A DNA stretch of 21,937 nt, the filler included, from Basidiobolus ranarum (Eukaryota): assembly GCA_040143965.1 (NCBI GenBank). It is 20 parts of 20 records of this genome, joined end to end, with 100 filler letters (N's around TTAATTAATTAA, not from the genome) between each part and the next. Parts side by side here need not be neighbours in the genome. Positions count along the whole stretch, not along the records: positions 8,827 to 9,828 come from JASJQH010013741.1; positions 9,929 to 10,930 come from JASJQH010013742.1; positions 11,031 to 12,032 come from JASJQH010013743.1; positions 12,133 to 13,133 come from JASJQH010013744.1; positions 13,234 to 14,234 come from JASJQH010013745.1; positions 14,335 to 15,335 come from JASJQH010013746.1; positions 15,436 to 16,436 come from JASJQH010013747.1; positions 16,537 to 17,537 come from JASJQH010013748.1; 12 more parts are not named here. One strand, given 5' to 3'. The notes under the pieces were generated by a model. That model was not told where the DNA came from. It saw only the letters and a program-made list of their open reading frames with translations, and made no database searches. Position numbers and translations under genes: made by a program. This document shows positions 8,827 to 18,737 of this stretch, piece after piece (the first letter of the stretch is position 1; each line of letters opens with the position of its first letter).

Positions 8827-9828
8827 TGGAACAAGAATTGGGAATCTATATCACCTGGATATTGCACCAATAACTGAGACTGTTTCTAACTTTGCAACAA
8901 TTACTTCTGGAAACTTGATGACTTGGCATCAGTGCTTGGGTCATCTAAACTATAATAGTGTGAAACTATTATATAAAAATAGCCTGTGTACTGGAATGGA
9001 TCTTAAGCCCTCAGATATTACTAAATGTGAAAGCTATATTCAAGGGAAAATCACCAGAAAACCATTTCCAAAAGAAGGAGTTTGTGAAGCCAAAGATTTA
9101 TTGGATCTTATTCACACAGACTTATGTGGCCTAATGCAAACTCTGACACCAAGTAAGCAATGATATTTACTCATCTTTATTGACAATAAATCTCACTTCA
9201 CAGTTTCATATCTTCTGTTGAGCAAAGGAGAAGTGTTTCAATATTTCAAGATATATGAAGCAATGGTCACAACCATAACAGGAAGAAAAATCAAATACCT
9301 ACGCAGTGATAATGGAACTGAATTTAGCAATGAAGCCATGACTAGCTTTTGTCAAGAAAAGGGAATTCAGCAGCAATTTACTATTCCATATAGTGCAGAA
9401 CAAAATGGAGTTGCAGAAAGGATGAATAGGACTTTGGTAGAGAAAGCACGTACAATGCTGATTGATTCAGATCTGCCTAAGACCTATTGGGGTGAAGCTA
9501 TTTTAACAGCTACATATCTCCAAAATAGAAGTCCAACACGTAGCAACCATGACTCTAAAACTCCTATTGAAATCTGGACTGGAAACAAGCCTAATCTGAA
9601 TCACCTCAGAATTTTTGGATCAATAGTATATGCTCATATTCCTAAACCTCAGCATAGGAAATTGGACAAAAAGGCAATTAAATGTATCCTATTAGGATAT
9701 CAGAACAAAGGCTATCGTCTCCTAATTGCTGGCACAAATCAAATCATCAACTCCAGAGATACTATATTCATTGAAGAAAATCTCAAATCTTCTAATCAAG
9801 GGAATTTGATTTTGGCTGAAAATCAATT
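8827..9828 (+). mobile_element. Ty1/copia GAG-pre-integrase plus integrase (rve), one premature stop
   Basis: WHQCLGHLN, LDLIHTDLCG, IKYLRSDNGTEF, EQNGVAERMNRTLVEKARTML, YWGEAILTATYLQNRSPT, HLRIFGS, KLDKKAIKCILLGY. TGA at 9161-9163. Confidence 0.95.
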
Positions 9829-9928
9829 NNNNNNNNNNNNNNNNNNNNNNNNNNNNNNNNNNNNNNNNNNNNTTAATTAATTAANNNNNNNNNNNNNNNN
9901 NNNNNNNNNNNNNNNNNNNNNNNNNNNN

Positions 9929-10520
9929 TGGGAAGCAGGGTCTTAAAAGCAGTAATATATTTCAAAAACTATATATAACTGGTGGCCTTCACATTACTGG
10001 TGAGTATTTGACAGCTAAAGCTGATGAGCATAACAAATTGTCCACATGGCCAGGAAAAAGAATGTCAGACCTTCTTCTGTTGACCACTTTGGCAGGGATT
10101 TTTCTCAAAAAGTTTACAGATACTTTTCCAAACTATTGTTCTATAAGCAGCCCTATAGAGGATTTGAGTACTAGCTTACTAGTGCTTACCAATGTTTATG
10201 GAAAGTACTCAAACTATGTTTGAAGAAATAAATTGCCTAAGTCTCAAACTCCAACTAACATGATTTTGCAAGCAGTGTTGGATAGAAAGTGGCTGCATGT
10301 TATTGGTGCCCCCTCTTATTGTCTATCAAAGTATGAACCATATTACTACTGGACTTTTGCATATTCATGTATTTGCTTTTCCTGCCTGAATCAATATCTA
10401 AGCTCATGCCAGGTTGAGCTGTAACATCATCTAATAAAACAAGGGTGATGGTAATGCACAGGTATAATGTTGTATAGAAAGACAAGGTTGGTCAAACGTT
10501 TCACCTATGCAAGTTGCAGT
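9929..10520 (+). pseudogene. Highly degenerate Ty3/gypsy RT connection and RNase H region
   Basis: Residual motifs occur in gypsy order: ..STWP..LAG..FPNYCSISSPIEDL (FIPNYSxIAxPLxxL-like), QAVL...LHVIGAPSYCLSKYEPYY (AVL..HPVAFxSRxLSxxExNY-like), then QYL. There are many stops and the boundaries are approximate. Confidence 0.45.
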
Positions 10521-10830
10521 CTTAGTCAGCATGGTAACCTATAAAAGTGTTAAGTATATTAATTCACAGATGATGTAAGGATATTTCATATTGCTCAGAA
10601 CCCCAGAGATCAGTAATGAGGCCATTATTCACTTGTAGGATATACATGACTACATTAACTAAATTGCAGAATGTTTGCAATATTCACTGATAACTATTAG
10701 CACTTTAACTCCAAACTTTTCATTATGAACACACTTACTCTTGTACTTTAAAAGCCAAATAGACCGCTAACTTGCACATGTTTACTTCTTTAAGCTTTTA
10801 CTGTATATTGTTCCATATCACTAAGTACAA

Positions 10831-10899
10831 ACTTTTCTCCTGCCATAGTGCCAGATTTTGATGTATATGATTTATTAGATAAGTTCTTCTATTTATGCA
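10831..10899 (+). repeat. Diverged partial copy of the 181-bp MITE
   Basis: ACTTTTCTCCTGCCATAGTGCCAGATTTTGATGTATA...GATAAG...ATTTATGCA aligns to about 5899-5970. Confidence 0.6.
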
Positions 10900-11030
10900 T
10901 TCATTATTGAAAAGCAAAGGTTATCTTAAANNNNNNNNNNNNNNNNNNNNNNNNNNNNNNNNNNNNNNNNNNNNTTAATTAATTAANNNNNNNNNNNNNN
11001 NNNNNNNNNNNNNNNNNNNNNNNNNNNNNN

Positions 11031-11231
11031 GGGCAATTTGGACGAGTTTGAAATTTCCAATATGTAATTGCTAATTCTCACATAATTCACATATATATAA
11101 AATATATGTTCCGATTTGCAGCTAAGTGATATTTGACTAAACAATGTTGACTAACTAATATGTGATATATGAAATAGTTAGGTGTATAAAGATAGGGATA
11201 ACATATATGATAAAGACAATAAACTTCAACA
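11031..11231 (-). mobile_element. LTR family LTR-B, nearly complete
   Basis: The reverse strand begins TGTTGAAGTTTATTGTCTTTATC and is homologous to 16917-17122 and 14129-14234. It is truncated by the contig start. Confidence 0.85.
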
Positions 11232-11892
11232 TGAAGAGGAAGCTCAAGAGAGACTACTAGAGGCAGTTAATGGCTACTGTGTGGCTAGAAAGGACTTGAC
11301 TGGCTCAAGGGAAGTACTGACAGGTAGGTGATATATTTCTGAGACTTTATATTTTTTTCCCTAGCTTTTTCTGCATAGGCAAGGTACTTTTCATATCCTT
11401 GGCTAAATCACTATTGGTGCATCCTTGTTCAAGACCCTGCTGGCTGAGTTTACAGTTGTTTTTGATTGGATATGCCCTTTTTATCTGAGCATTCTCAAAG
11501 GATGTTGAAACCAATATATTCTTTTGTCAGGCACCAGCATATTATTCAACAGAAAGCTGGACATTGCATTGTGGTTTATCAGTCCTTAGACATTTCTAGA
11601 GGCTTGATCCCCCTAACAAAACTAAAAGCAATTTGATCTGGATTGGATCCACCCTCCAAAATAGCAAAACCATCAGAGAACCATCACAATATTGTTGGCT
11701 TGCATTCTGTCAGGGATTTTGATGGTGTGACAGCGGTTTCTTGACGATATCTTAATGGTATTCATTCATGTTAAAATATTGATCCTCAAATTTGGCAGGC
11801 ATTATTCAATATCCAGCAATTTTTGCAAAAATATAATTTTCAAATGGCAAATTACTGGGTTTACTACTGTAGGAATTTGAATCAATATGCAT
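11232..11892 (-). pseudogene. ORF-R: decayed ORF starting 4 nt after the CACTA transposase stop
   Basis: MHIDSNSYSSKPSNLPFENYIFAKIAGY*IMPAKFEDQYF... Homologous starts are at 17643 (+) and 19919 (-). Most stops could derive from C-to-T changes. It is cut by LTR-B. Confidence 0.5.
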
Positions 11893-11896
11893 GCCT

Positions 11897-12032
11897 TTAT
11901 TTAGATATTTTAGGCTTTGTGTTCCAGCCATAATGAGAATCAAAAAATACAAGAATCTTGTTGTGTTTAGTCTCTACATATGCACATACTTGACTGATTA
12001 GACATAACTCAACAACTTCAATATGCTTTACC
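11897..12032 (-). pseudogene. CACTA transposase extreme C-terminus
   Basis: Closely matches the end of the frame in contig 19 (..CAYVETKHNKILV.FDSHYGW.TKPKISK*). Confidence 0.7.
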
Positions 12033-12211
12033 NNNNNNNNNNNNNNNNNNNNNNNNNNNNNNNNNNNNNNNNNNNNTTAATTAATTAANNNNNNNNNNNN
12101 NNNNNNNNNNNNNNNNNNNNNNNNNNNNNNNNAAATACACAATGTGTAAGAAGACTTCATTGGTTAGGTTCCATAGAAAGTTACAAAGAACATGACTTAC
12201 ATATAAGGACA

Positions 12212-12333
12212 CCGGGAAGAACAAATCCAAGATTGCCAAGAACGGAAGGCACTGCTGATATGATCGCACAATCTAATGATAGAAGAGGTCTATTTGCAGT
12301 GGATGAGTATGCTGAGATCAGAATCATGACAAT
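12212..12333 (+). repeat. 122-bp dispersed repeat shared with 17928-18049
   Basis: Ungapped homology: PGRTNPRLPRTEGTADMIAQSNDRRGLFAVDEYAEIRIMT versus PGQTNT*LPRKDGTEDMMS*SNNRRVLLAVDENAKIRIMT. Confidence 0.8.
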
Positions 12334-12569
12334 TACAAATCTCCAAATGTCCTAGTCTTCTATCAATCTTTGCATTTTGAACTTCAAAAGGTGAAGTTTT
12401 TGACCTTCAAACTTTGTTGTTGAGACAAAAGCATTGGCAGTAGTAACAGTAGATATTCCTTTAACAGCTGCTTGAGGCTCATAATCTTATAAAAGTGTGT
12501 CAAAGATTTGGAAGTGTTTAGTACAAGGCTTGGATCTGTGAACTAGACACCTCAAGCTTACTAAATAGA

Positions 12570-13133
12570 ATATGCCCTAGTAATAGTTTTGTAGAAATTG
12601 GTCTAATGGAAGAGTTTAGATTATTGCAAATTGCCTGCAAAGGATGGGTGAAAATCAAAGATAATTCGAAGAATTTTGAGAAAATGGTAAAAGTTGGTAA
12701 CAGAAATGTAATTGATATATCTATCCATTAGAGCAATAAGCACACATTTTTGATTGTCAAAATTGAGCACTCAATAACCAAAATATGAATAAACCAATAC
12801 TGAATAATGAGTTGCTATTTACTAAATTTGAACATTTTTGATATTAATGCAGAATGTGATTGCCAAGTCTTGGCCAAGTATGGTATTATTTAGCTGGATG
12901 ACATTTTACTTGATAGCAAGAGAGAGGAACAATATATGTAAGATGTTAGGAAAGTTATGGGAATTTCCTAGGAACCCAACTCTGTGGAAAGCTCACTAAG
13001 TGTGAATTCTTAAAAAACCAAGTTGAATTACAGGATAAACAGTAACAAGGTTTGAAGTAGTCATTGATTCTAGATATTATGAGATAGTTCAGAGTTGGAA
13101 CAACCAACCATCATGTCAAAATTCAGTTCATTT
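12570..13133 (+). pseudogene. Degenerate Ty3/gypsy reverse transcriptase
   Basis: LDYCKL (DYRxLN-like), then GII*LDDILL.S...EQ...DVRKVM (YxDD motif at 12891-12902), KLTKCEF and EIVQSW..P. Not in the ORF track. The start is approximate. Confidence 0.65.
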
Positions 13134-13233
13134 NNNNNNNNNNNNNNNNNNNNNNNNNNNNNNNNNNNNNNNNNNNNTTAATTAATTAANNNNNNNNNNN
13201 NNNNNNNNNNNNNNNNNNNNNNNNNNNNNNNNN

Positions 13234-13811
13234 AATATGGCACAATATGTTCACATTCTCACCCAATTAGAAGCCTACATGATTGAATGAATAATTTGCT
13301 GATCTAAAAATAATGAATCAAGTGATCCTGATTAATACTTTTGTACTACAGATTGATTCATCATTTAGTGCTGTGATATGTCACTGGTATGCCAAAACTA
13401 CCAGGATTTCATGGTGCAGGAGCTGTTGGGCCCAATTGAAGATCAGGATGTTGTGTGAGTGAGAGACAAATGATTGGCCAAAAAGCATGTGAATGTCTTG
13501 GTTATATATCTGATTGGGTAAGTTAAAGTATAAATGGTTTATTGTTACATATTCAATAATTGGTAAGTTACAAACTAGGGGAAGAACTTGCTTTGCAGTT
13601 ACCAAAAATCTGAATTTGGCAATACTAAATTGGGTAACCCGGTAAGAGCTGGCACAATATCTTTAAAAAAATCATCATGTCTGATTGTGGTGGGATGGTG
13701 CCATATAGTTACTTATAGTGTATGATTGAGTGTTATAGGACCTGGCCATGATAATTGACAGATTTTGCCAGATGGTTTGGTAGCAGGCTGGATCAAGTAG
13801 CATGATCTGAC
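13234..13811 (-). pseudogene. Very degenerate Ty3/gypsy RT N-terminal half
   Basis: KPSGKI..VNYHG (VDYRG after two CpG-to-CpA changes), NLV...W.TA and HNILIF (DDILIF-like) appear in the correct order, with many indels. Confidence 0.45.
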
Positions 13812-14128
13812 TGTTGAAATTAGCATTGCCTAAACACCTATATAGTCATATATAACTTAGTACTTAGTTATCTTATAACTCACTAAGATATTATCAATTA
13901 TTCTCAATTGGAATTTACTTAAAATATTTTTACCAAATTAGAAGTTCTCAGATATATAGATTTTTCAAACTTGTGCTAGAAGCCCCAAACTTTGCACACA
14001 TGTTCCTGGGACCTTCCTTAACATATTCTACATGCTTGTTTGTTTATATCTTGACAAAACTATAAATGTCAACTTTCTACTCAATAAATCAATAAGTGAA
14101 AACCACTAATTCCTCTAATTCTCCAAAC
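13812..14128 (+). mobile_element. LTR-A, interrupted near its 3' end by LTR-B
   Basis: Begins TGTTGAAATTAGCATTGCC and is colinear with 7907-8254 until ...TCTCCAAAC. Confidence 0.88.
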
Positions 14129-14234
14129 TGTTGAAGTTTATTGTCTTTATCATATATGTTATCCCTATCTTTATACACCTAACTATTTCATATATCACAT
14201 ATTAGTTAGTCAACATTATTTAGTCAAATATCAC
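14129..14234 (+). mobile_element. LTR-B 5' part nested in LTR-A
   Basis: Begins TGTTGAAGTTTATTGTC and is truncated by the contig end. Confidence 0.88.
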
Positions 14235-14334
14235 NNNNNNNNNNNNNNNNNNNNNNNNNNNNNNNNNNNNNNNNNNNNTTAATTAATTAANNNNNNNNNN
14301 NNNNNNNNNNNNNNNNNNNNNNNNNNNNNNNNNN

Positions 14335-14952
14335 GTGAAATAAGCTGCAAACAAGGAATAGAATTTTAGGCCACAGTGAGGAGCTAAATTTAACCCAACT
14401 GAACCAAGATCAGCGTATTTCAGGCTTAGCAATTGAAATATTGCTACATTAGATATATGTTAAGTTTGCATATTTGGAAAACATCACAGAAAGCCCTGGT
14501 GATTTCAAATTCCCCTTGAATCTTGCCCTGATTCATTCTGACCTATGTGACCTTGTGAAAAATGTCAAACTGGGTGGCAAAACGTACTTTCTGAGATTTA
14601 TTGCTGATAAAACAAGATAGACATAGGCATTCTTTCTCAAATCAAAATCTGAAGCCTTAGCTACACTTAAGCACTCTAAAGCAATGGTAGAGAAAGAATC
14701 AGCATTTAAAATAAGGATACTAAGGAGTGATAATGGTGGAGTATACTGCTCTAAATACATTGCTGCTGTGTGTTCTAAACATGTTATTATGCAACAAACT
14801 ATTGTAAACTCTGACTTCTCAGCAGAATGGAGTTGCAGAACAAGCTAACAAGACCATAGTGGAGATGGAAAGATTAATGTCACATGATTGAATAATAAGA
14901 TTTTCAATATTGGGCTCAATCTGTCTCCACTGCAGTCTATATCAGCAATAGA
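14335..14952 (+). pseudogene. Decayed copia integrase
   Basis: LALIHSDLCD, YFLRFIADKTR, FLKSKSEA, IRILRSDNGGVY, QNGVAEQANKTIVEM and WAQSVSTAVYISNR, with stops and frameshifts. Confidence 0.85.
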
Positions 14953-15335
14953 GAAAAGTGTACCCAGTTATTGATCTTCTGTCATCAAAGTTCCTTCCCC
15001 AGTCTGTATCACCTTAGCCCTCAGAATCTTGTGCATCAGCAGTGCCAGAGTATCTTGGAAATCAATCTACAGTTCCTCTCATACACCTGAGTATTGGTTT
15101 TACTGCAGTGTTGTACTCAGATGCTGGATTTTTGAGATATTGGCTGACAGTCCCCTCTGCCACAGCAAGGTCTGGATGTGTTCCAATCATTTTATGCATT
15201 AAATTACCCACCATAAAGTGATAAGGGAATTCCTAGCTTGGTTTTGAGTTAATATGGGCCAAGTTGGAATAAATTTTAATTTATTTAACATTAGGATCCA
15301 TTAGTGTTGATACAGGCTTGTTATTCCTGATGTAG
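14945..15335 (-). pseudogene. Decayed copia RT end / RNase H start, opposite to the adjacent integrase
   Basis: The reverse strand reads KPVSTLMDPN..FPYHFMVGNLM..GTHPDLA....VSQY..NP....TAVKPILR..RGT..DTDWG...DDRRSITGYTF. Confidence 0.85.
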
Positions 15336-15435
15336 NNNNNNNNNNNNNNNNNNNNNNNNNNNNNNNNNNNNNNNNNNNNTTAATTAATTAANNNNNNNNN
15401 NNNNNNNNNNNNNNNNNNNNNNNNNNNNNNNNNNN

Positions 15436-15941
15436 CTTGACATTCAGTCTGGTTTTGACTGTGCAGATATCTGGGAAGAACTTGATACCAAGTGGCACAT
15501 TATTGCAGGGTTTCCACCATATAGCTGGAAGAATATGGATTCAGCAATGTTAATACAATGGTGTGCTTTGATGGAGATATTGATACAAACTTGTGTTGGG
15601 TATAGCTAAACCTTGGGTATGAAGAACTCTATAAAAATATTCAGGTGAATATATCAAAGAGACAAGGGATTTTGCAGGTGACAAATTAGCATTCAAGTGG
15701 TACCTGCATTAAATTTGAGTTATGTTTTTTGCACATGTGTTGATCCATAGTTTGCTGAGATTGTAGCCAACTATGTCTAACTATTTTGCAAGATTTTGAA
15801 ATTTCAATCCTGAAACTGAAACAATTGATTGAAATCAAACCTAACTTGATGATTTTATGACAGTAAGTAAATGGTCAATTCCAAATGGATTAAAATTGTG
15901 ATGGTTTTCCGATGATAACAATACTCAAAATTCTGTTAGGG
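15436..15941 (+). repeat. Unidentified multicopy coding-like family (ORF-X), copy 1
   Basis: DCADIWEELDTKWHIIAGFPPYSWKNMDSAMLIQWCALMEILIQ... is homologous to 16047-16436 (inverted) and about 19170-19672. Confidence 0.8.
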
Positions 15942-16046
15942 TTTGTAAACACTCAAATCCCATAAGAGTAATGCTGACTATAGTATTCACTTCATGCCCA
16001 ATGGGACAGACCTATTTTTATCATTGTCATGAGCAGATGACCTCAT

Positions 16047-16436
16047 TATCCCTGACATTACTATGTGGATTCTTATTGTAAGAAAACCATGACAATTTTA
16101 ATCCATTATTGATTGACCATTTAATTACTATCATAAATTCTCAAGCTAGATATGATTTTAATTGATTTTCTCAGTTTCAGAAGTGAATTTAAGACCTTCC
16201 TAATAGTTACACTTGATTGGCCATAAGCTCACAATACTTTGGATCAATGTATGTGCAAAAAATGTAACTCAAATCTTACACATGGAAACTCTAATTTGTC
16301 ACCATCATAATCCCTGTTTCTTTAATATATTCTCCTGAATATTTTTATAGAGTTCTTCATACCCAAGGTTTAGCACATATCCAACATGAATTTGTATCAA
16401 TATCTCCATCAAAGCCCACCATTGTATTAATGTTGC
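16047..16436 (-). repeat. ORF-X copy 2, inverted relative to copy 1
   Basis: The reverse complement matches 15544-15941, e.g. the shared GCTAAACCTTGGGTATGAAGAACTCTATAAAAATATTCAGG. The inner boundary is approximate. Confidence 0.85.
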
Positions 16437-16536
16437 NNNNNNNNNNNNNNNNNNNNNNNNNNNNNNNNNNNNNNNNNNNNTTAATTAATTAANNNNNNNN
16501 NNNNNNNNNNNNNNNNNNNNNNNNNNNNNNNNNNNN

Positions 16537-16916
16537 ACTGCTGTGGGAGAAGAAAACAAAGTAAAAGTCTCTGAAATAAAAGCTATACTCCAGATTAAAA
16601 AAGAACCAAGTGCCTTAAACACAATTTGTCTTAATGTTAAAGGCAAATTTCTTATTCAATATTCAAGAGCTAAAACTGCCAAGAAAGTATGGAAAGCCTT
16701 GGAAGACACCTGCCAAACAAGTTCTGCTGCCAACAAGATGTTTTTATGCAGAGAATTCTTCAACTTAAAGACAAAACTAGGAGAAGACATTAGATCACTA
16801 ATCAATAGAGTCAATGTTTTAGTGGATGAAATGGAATCCATTGGAGTACCTACTACTGATCAAGATATCATAGTTACTGTTCCAAATAGCCTGCCACACA
16901 AGTTTCAGAGCCTAGT
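16537..16916 (+). mobile_element. Copia gag (Retrotran_gag_2/UBN2-like), cut by LTR-B
   Basis: KTAKKVWKALED.....SAANKMFLCREFFNLK...GEDIRSLINRV..LVDEMESIG......IIV...NSLPHKFQSLV. Confidence 0.88.
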
Positions 16917-17122
16917 TGTTGAAGTTTATTGTCTTTATCATATTTGTTATCTCTATTTTTATACACCTAACTATTTCATATATCACATATAAGTTAGTTA
17001 ACATTACTTAGTCAATAAGCACTTAACTAAAAATTGGAACATATATTATAAATATATGTGAGTAATGTGAGAATCAGCAATTCCATATTGGAAATTTTAA
17101 ACTCATCCAAATTGCCCCAACA
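16917..17122 (+). mobile_element. Complete solo LTR-B (206 bp)
   Basis: TGTTG...CAACA inverted termini. Homologous to 11031-11231 and 14129-14234. Confidence 0.85.
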
Positions 17123-17537
17123 ATAGCTAATTTTACTCCCACAGATGCTCTGAACACAACCCCAGTGTTAGTTTTCTGTATTTCCACCAAAATGTATAAA
17201 TGCTTTATTTCTGGACAATAAATAATAATCTCACAAAGCTATTCACAACTCCACTTTTCTAAAGTTCCTCCAAACAGCCTATGTCTTCCCAATACTAGTA
17301 ATGGCTCTAGAATCAAGAGCCAAAAATTTATTATGAATAGGTGTGAGTAATGTGAGAATCAGCAATTCCATATTGGAAATTTCCAACTTATCCAAATTGC
17401 CCCAAAAAAGCTCATTTTACTCCCACAGATGTTCTGATCACAACCCAAATGTAAGTTTTTTGTATTTCCACCATAATGTATAAATGCTTTATTTGTGGAC
17501 AACAAATAATTATTGCACAATGCTATTCAGAACTCCA
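17057..17537 (+). repeat. 285-bp-period tandem duplication including the LTR-B 3' end and its flank
   Basis: TGTGAGTAATGTGAGAATCAGCAATTCCATATTGGAAATTT occurs at 17057 and 17342. Homology continues to the contig end. Confidence 0.9.
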
Positions 17538-17637
17538 NNNNNNNNNNNNNNNNNNNNNNNNNNNNNNNNNNNNNNNNNNNNTTAATTAATTAANNNNNNN
17601 NNNNNNNNNNNNNNNNNNNNNNNNNNNNNNNNNNNNN

Positions 17638-17923
17638 AACGCATGCATATTAATTTGAATTCCTACAGCAGTAAACCCAGTAATTTGCCATTTGAAAATT
17701 AGATTTTAGCAAAAATTACCAGATATTGAATAACGCATGCCAAATTTGAGGATCAATATTTTAACATGTATGAATACTGTCAAAATACCATCAAGAAACC
17801 ACCATCACACCATCAAAATCCCTGGCAGAATTCAAGCCACCAATATTGTGATGGTTCTCTGACAGTTTTGCTATTTAGGAGGGTGGATCCAATTCAGATC
17901 AAATTGATTTTATTCTTGCTAGG
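17638..17923 (+). pseudogene. ORF-R copy (5' part)
   Basis: ATG at 17643: MHINLNSYSSKPSNLPFEN*ILAKITRY*ITHAKFEDQYF...YCDGSLTVLLFRRVDPIQIKL, colinear with 11892 down to about 11612. Confidence 0.6.
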
Positions 17924-18049
17924 GTAACCTGGTCAAACTAACACATGATTGCCAAGAAAGGATGGCACTGAAGATATGATGTCATAATCTAATAATAGAC
18001 GAGTTCTACTTGCAGTGGATGAGAATGCCAAGATCAGAATCATGACAAT

Positions 18050-18637
18050 GTCCAGAGGTTCTATTTCCTTGTAGTCATGCATTATGTTTCTATTGTGACA
18101 CATATGATCCCTTGCACCTGAATCCAGAGTTCATACATCAGCAGAGTCATTTCCTGACTTAGAGGTGGCCATAAGTATATGGTGCTCATTTCCACTTTTA
18201 ATGGTGTTACATTCTTCCTTTTTCTTTGAAACCCATTTCTTCTTTGATTTGCAATAACATGCTATATATCCCAGCTTTCCACATTTGTAACATTTCATAG
18301 TGCTCCTTTCAAGTCAGCTATTTTGAGAATAAAATGCTTAAATAGTTTCTGTTTCACCTGCCAGCTGACTTTTGTCTTTCCTTTAAAATTCTTTTTAACC
18401 TAGACAAGTGATCAGATAGTAATAAGTAAGCTTATTCCCAATTGCTTACAAAGTAAGTAATAGGGCCAAAAATGTTTCAGGGAGACCATTGATTATGGTA
18501 AGAATTAAATCCATTTCAGGTACTTGATAATTTACTGATTGTTGTTGATGGGCTGGTTTCTTGACACCACTCACAAATGTCATAATATCTGAATCCTCAG
18601 ACATACAAGTGTTTCATAGTTTTCTTCATACCATCAT
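18050..18637 (-). pseudogene. Decayed copia gag end, zinc knuckle and protease
   Basis: The reverse strand reads LILTIINGLPETF, KCYKCGKLGYIACYC (CCHC with H changed to Y) and V*TLDSGARDHMC (WxLDSGAxxHM). Confidence 0.88.
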
Positions 18638-18737
18638 NNNNNNNNNNNNNNNNNNNNNNNNNNNNNNNNNNNNNNNNNNNNTTAATTAATTAANNNNNNN
18701 NNNNNNNNNNNNNNNNNNNNNNNNNNNNNNNNNNNNN

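Noticed and set aside
14533-14760. Minus-strand 75-aa ORF
   Set aside because: It is antisense to the recognisable integrase frame. The same applies to 16656-16841 (antisense to gag), 4479-4730 (antisense to transposase) and 18690-18896.
16917-16992. Tyr-rich C-terminal tail of the 16543-16992 ORF as a new gag domain
   Set aside because: It is read-through into the inserted LTR-B.
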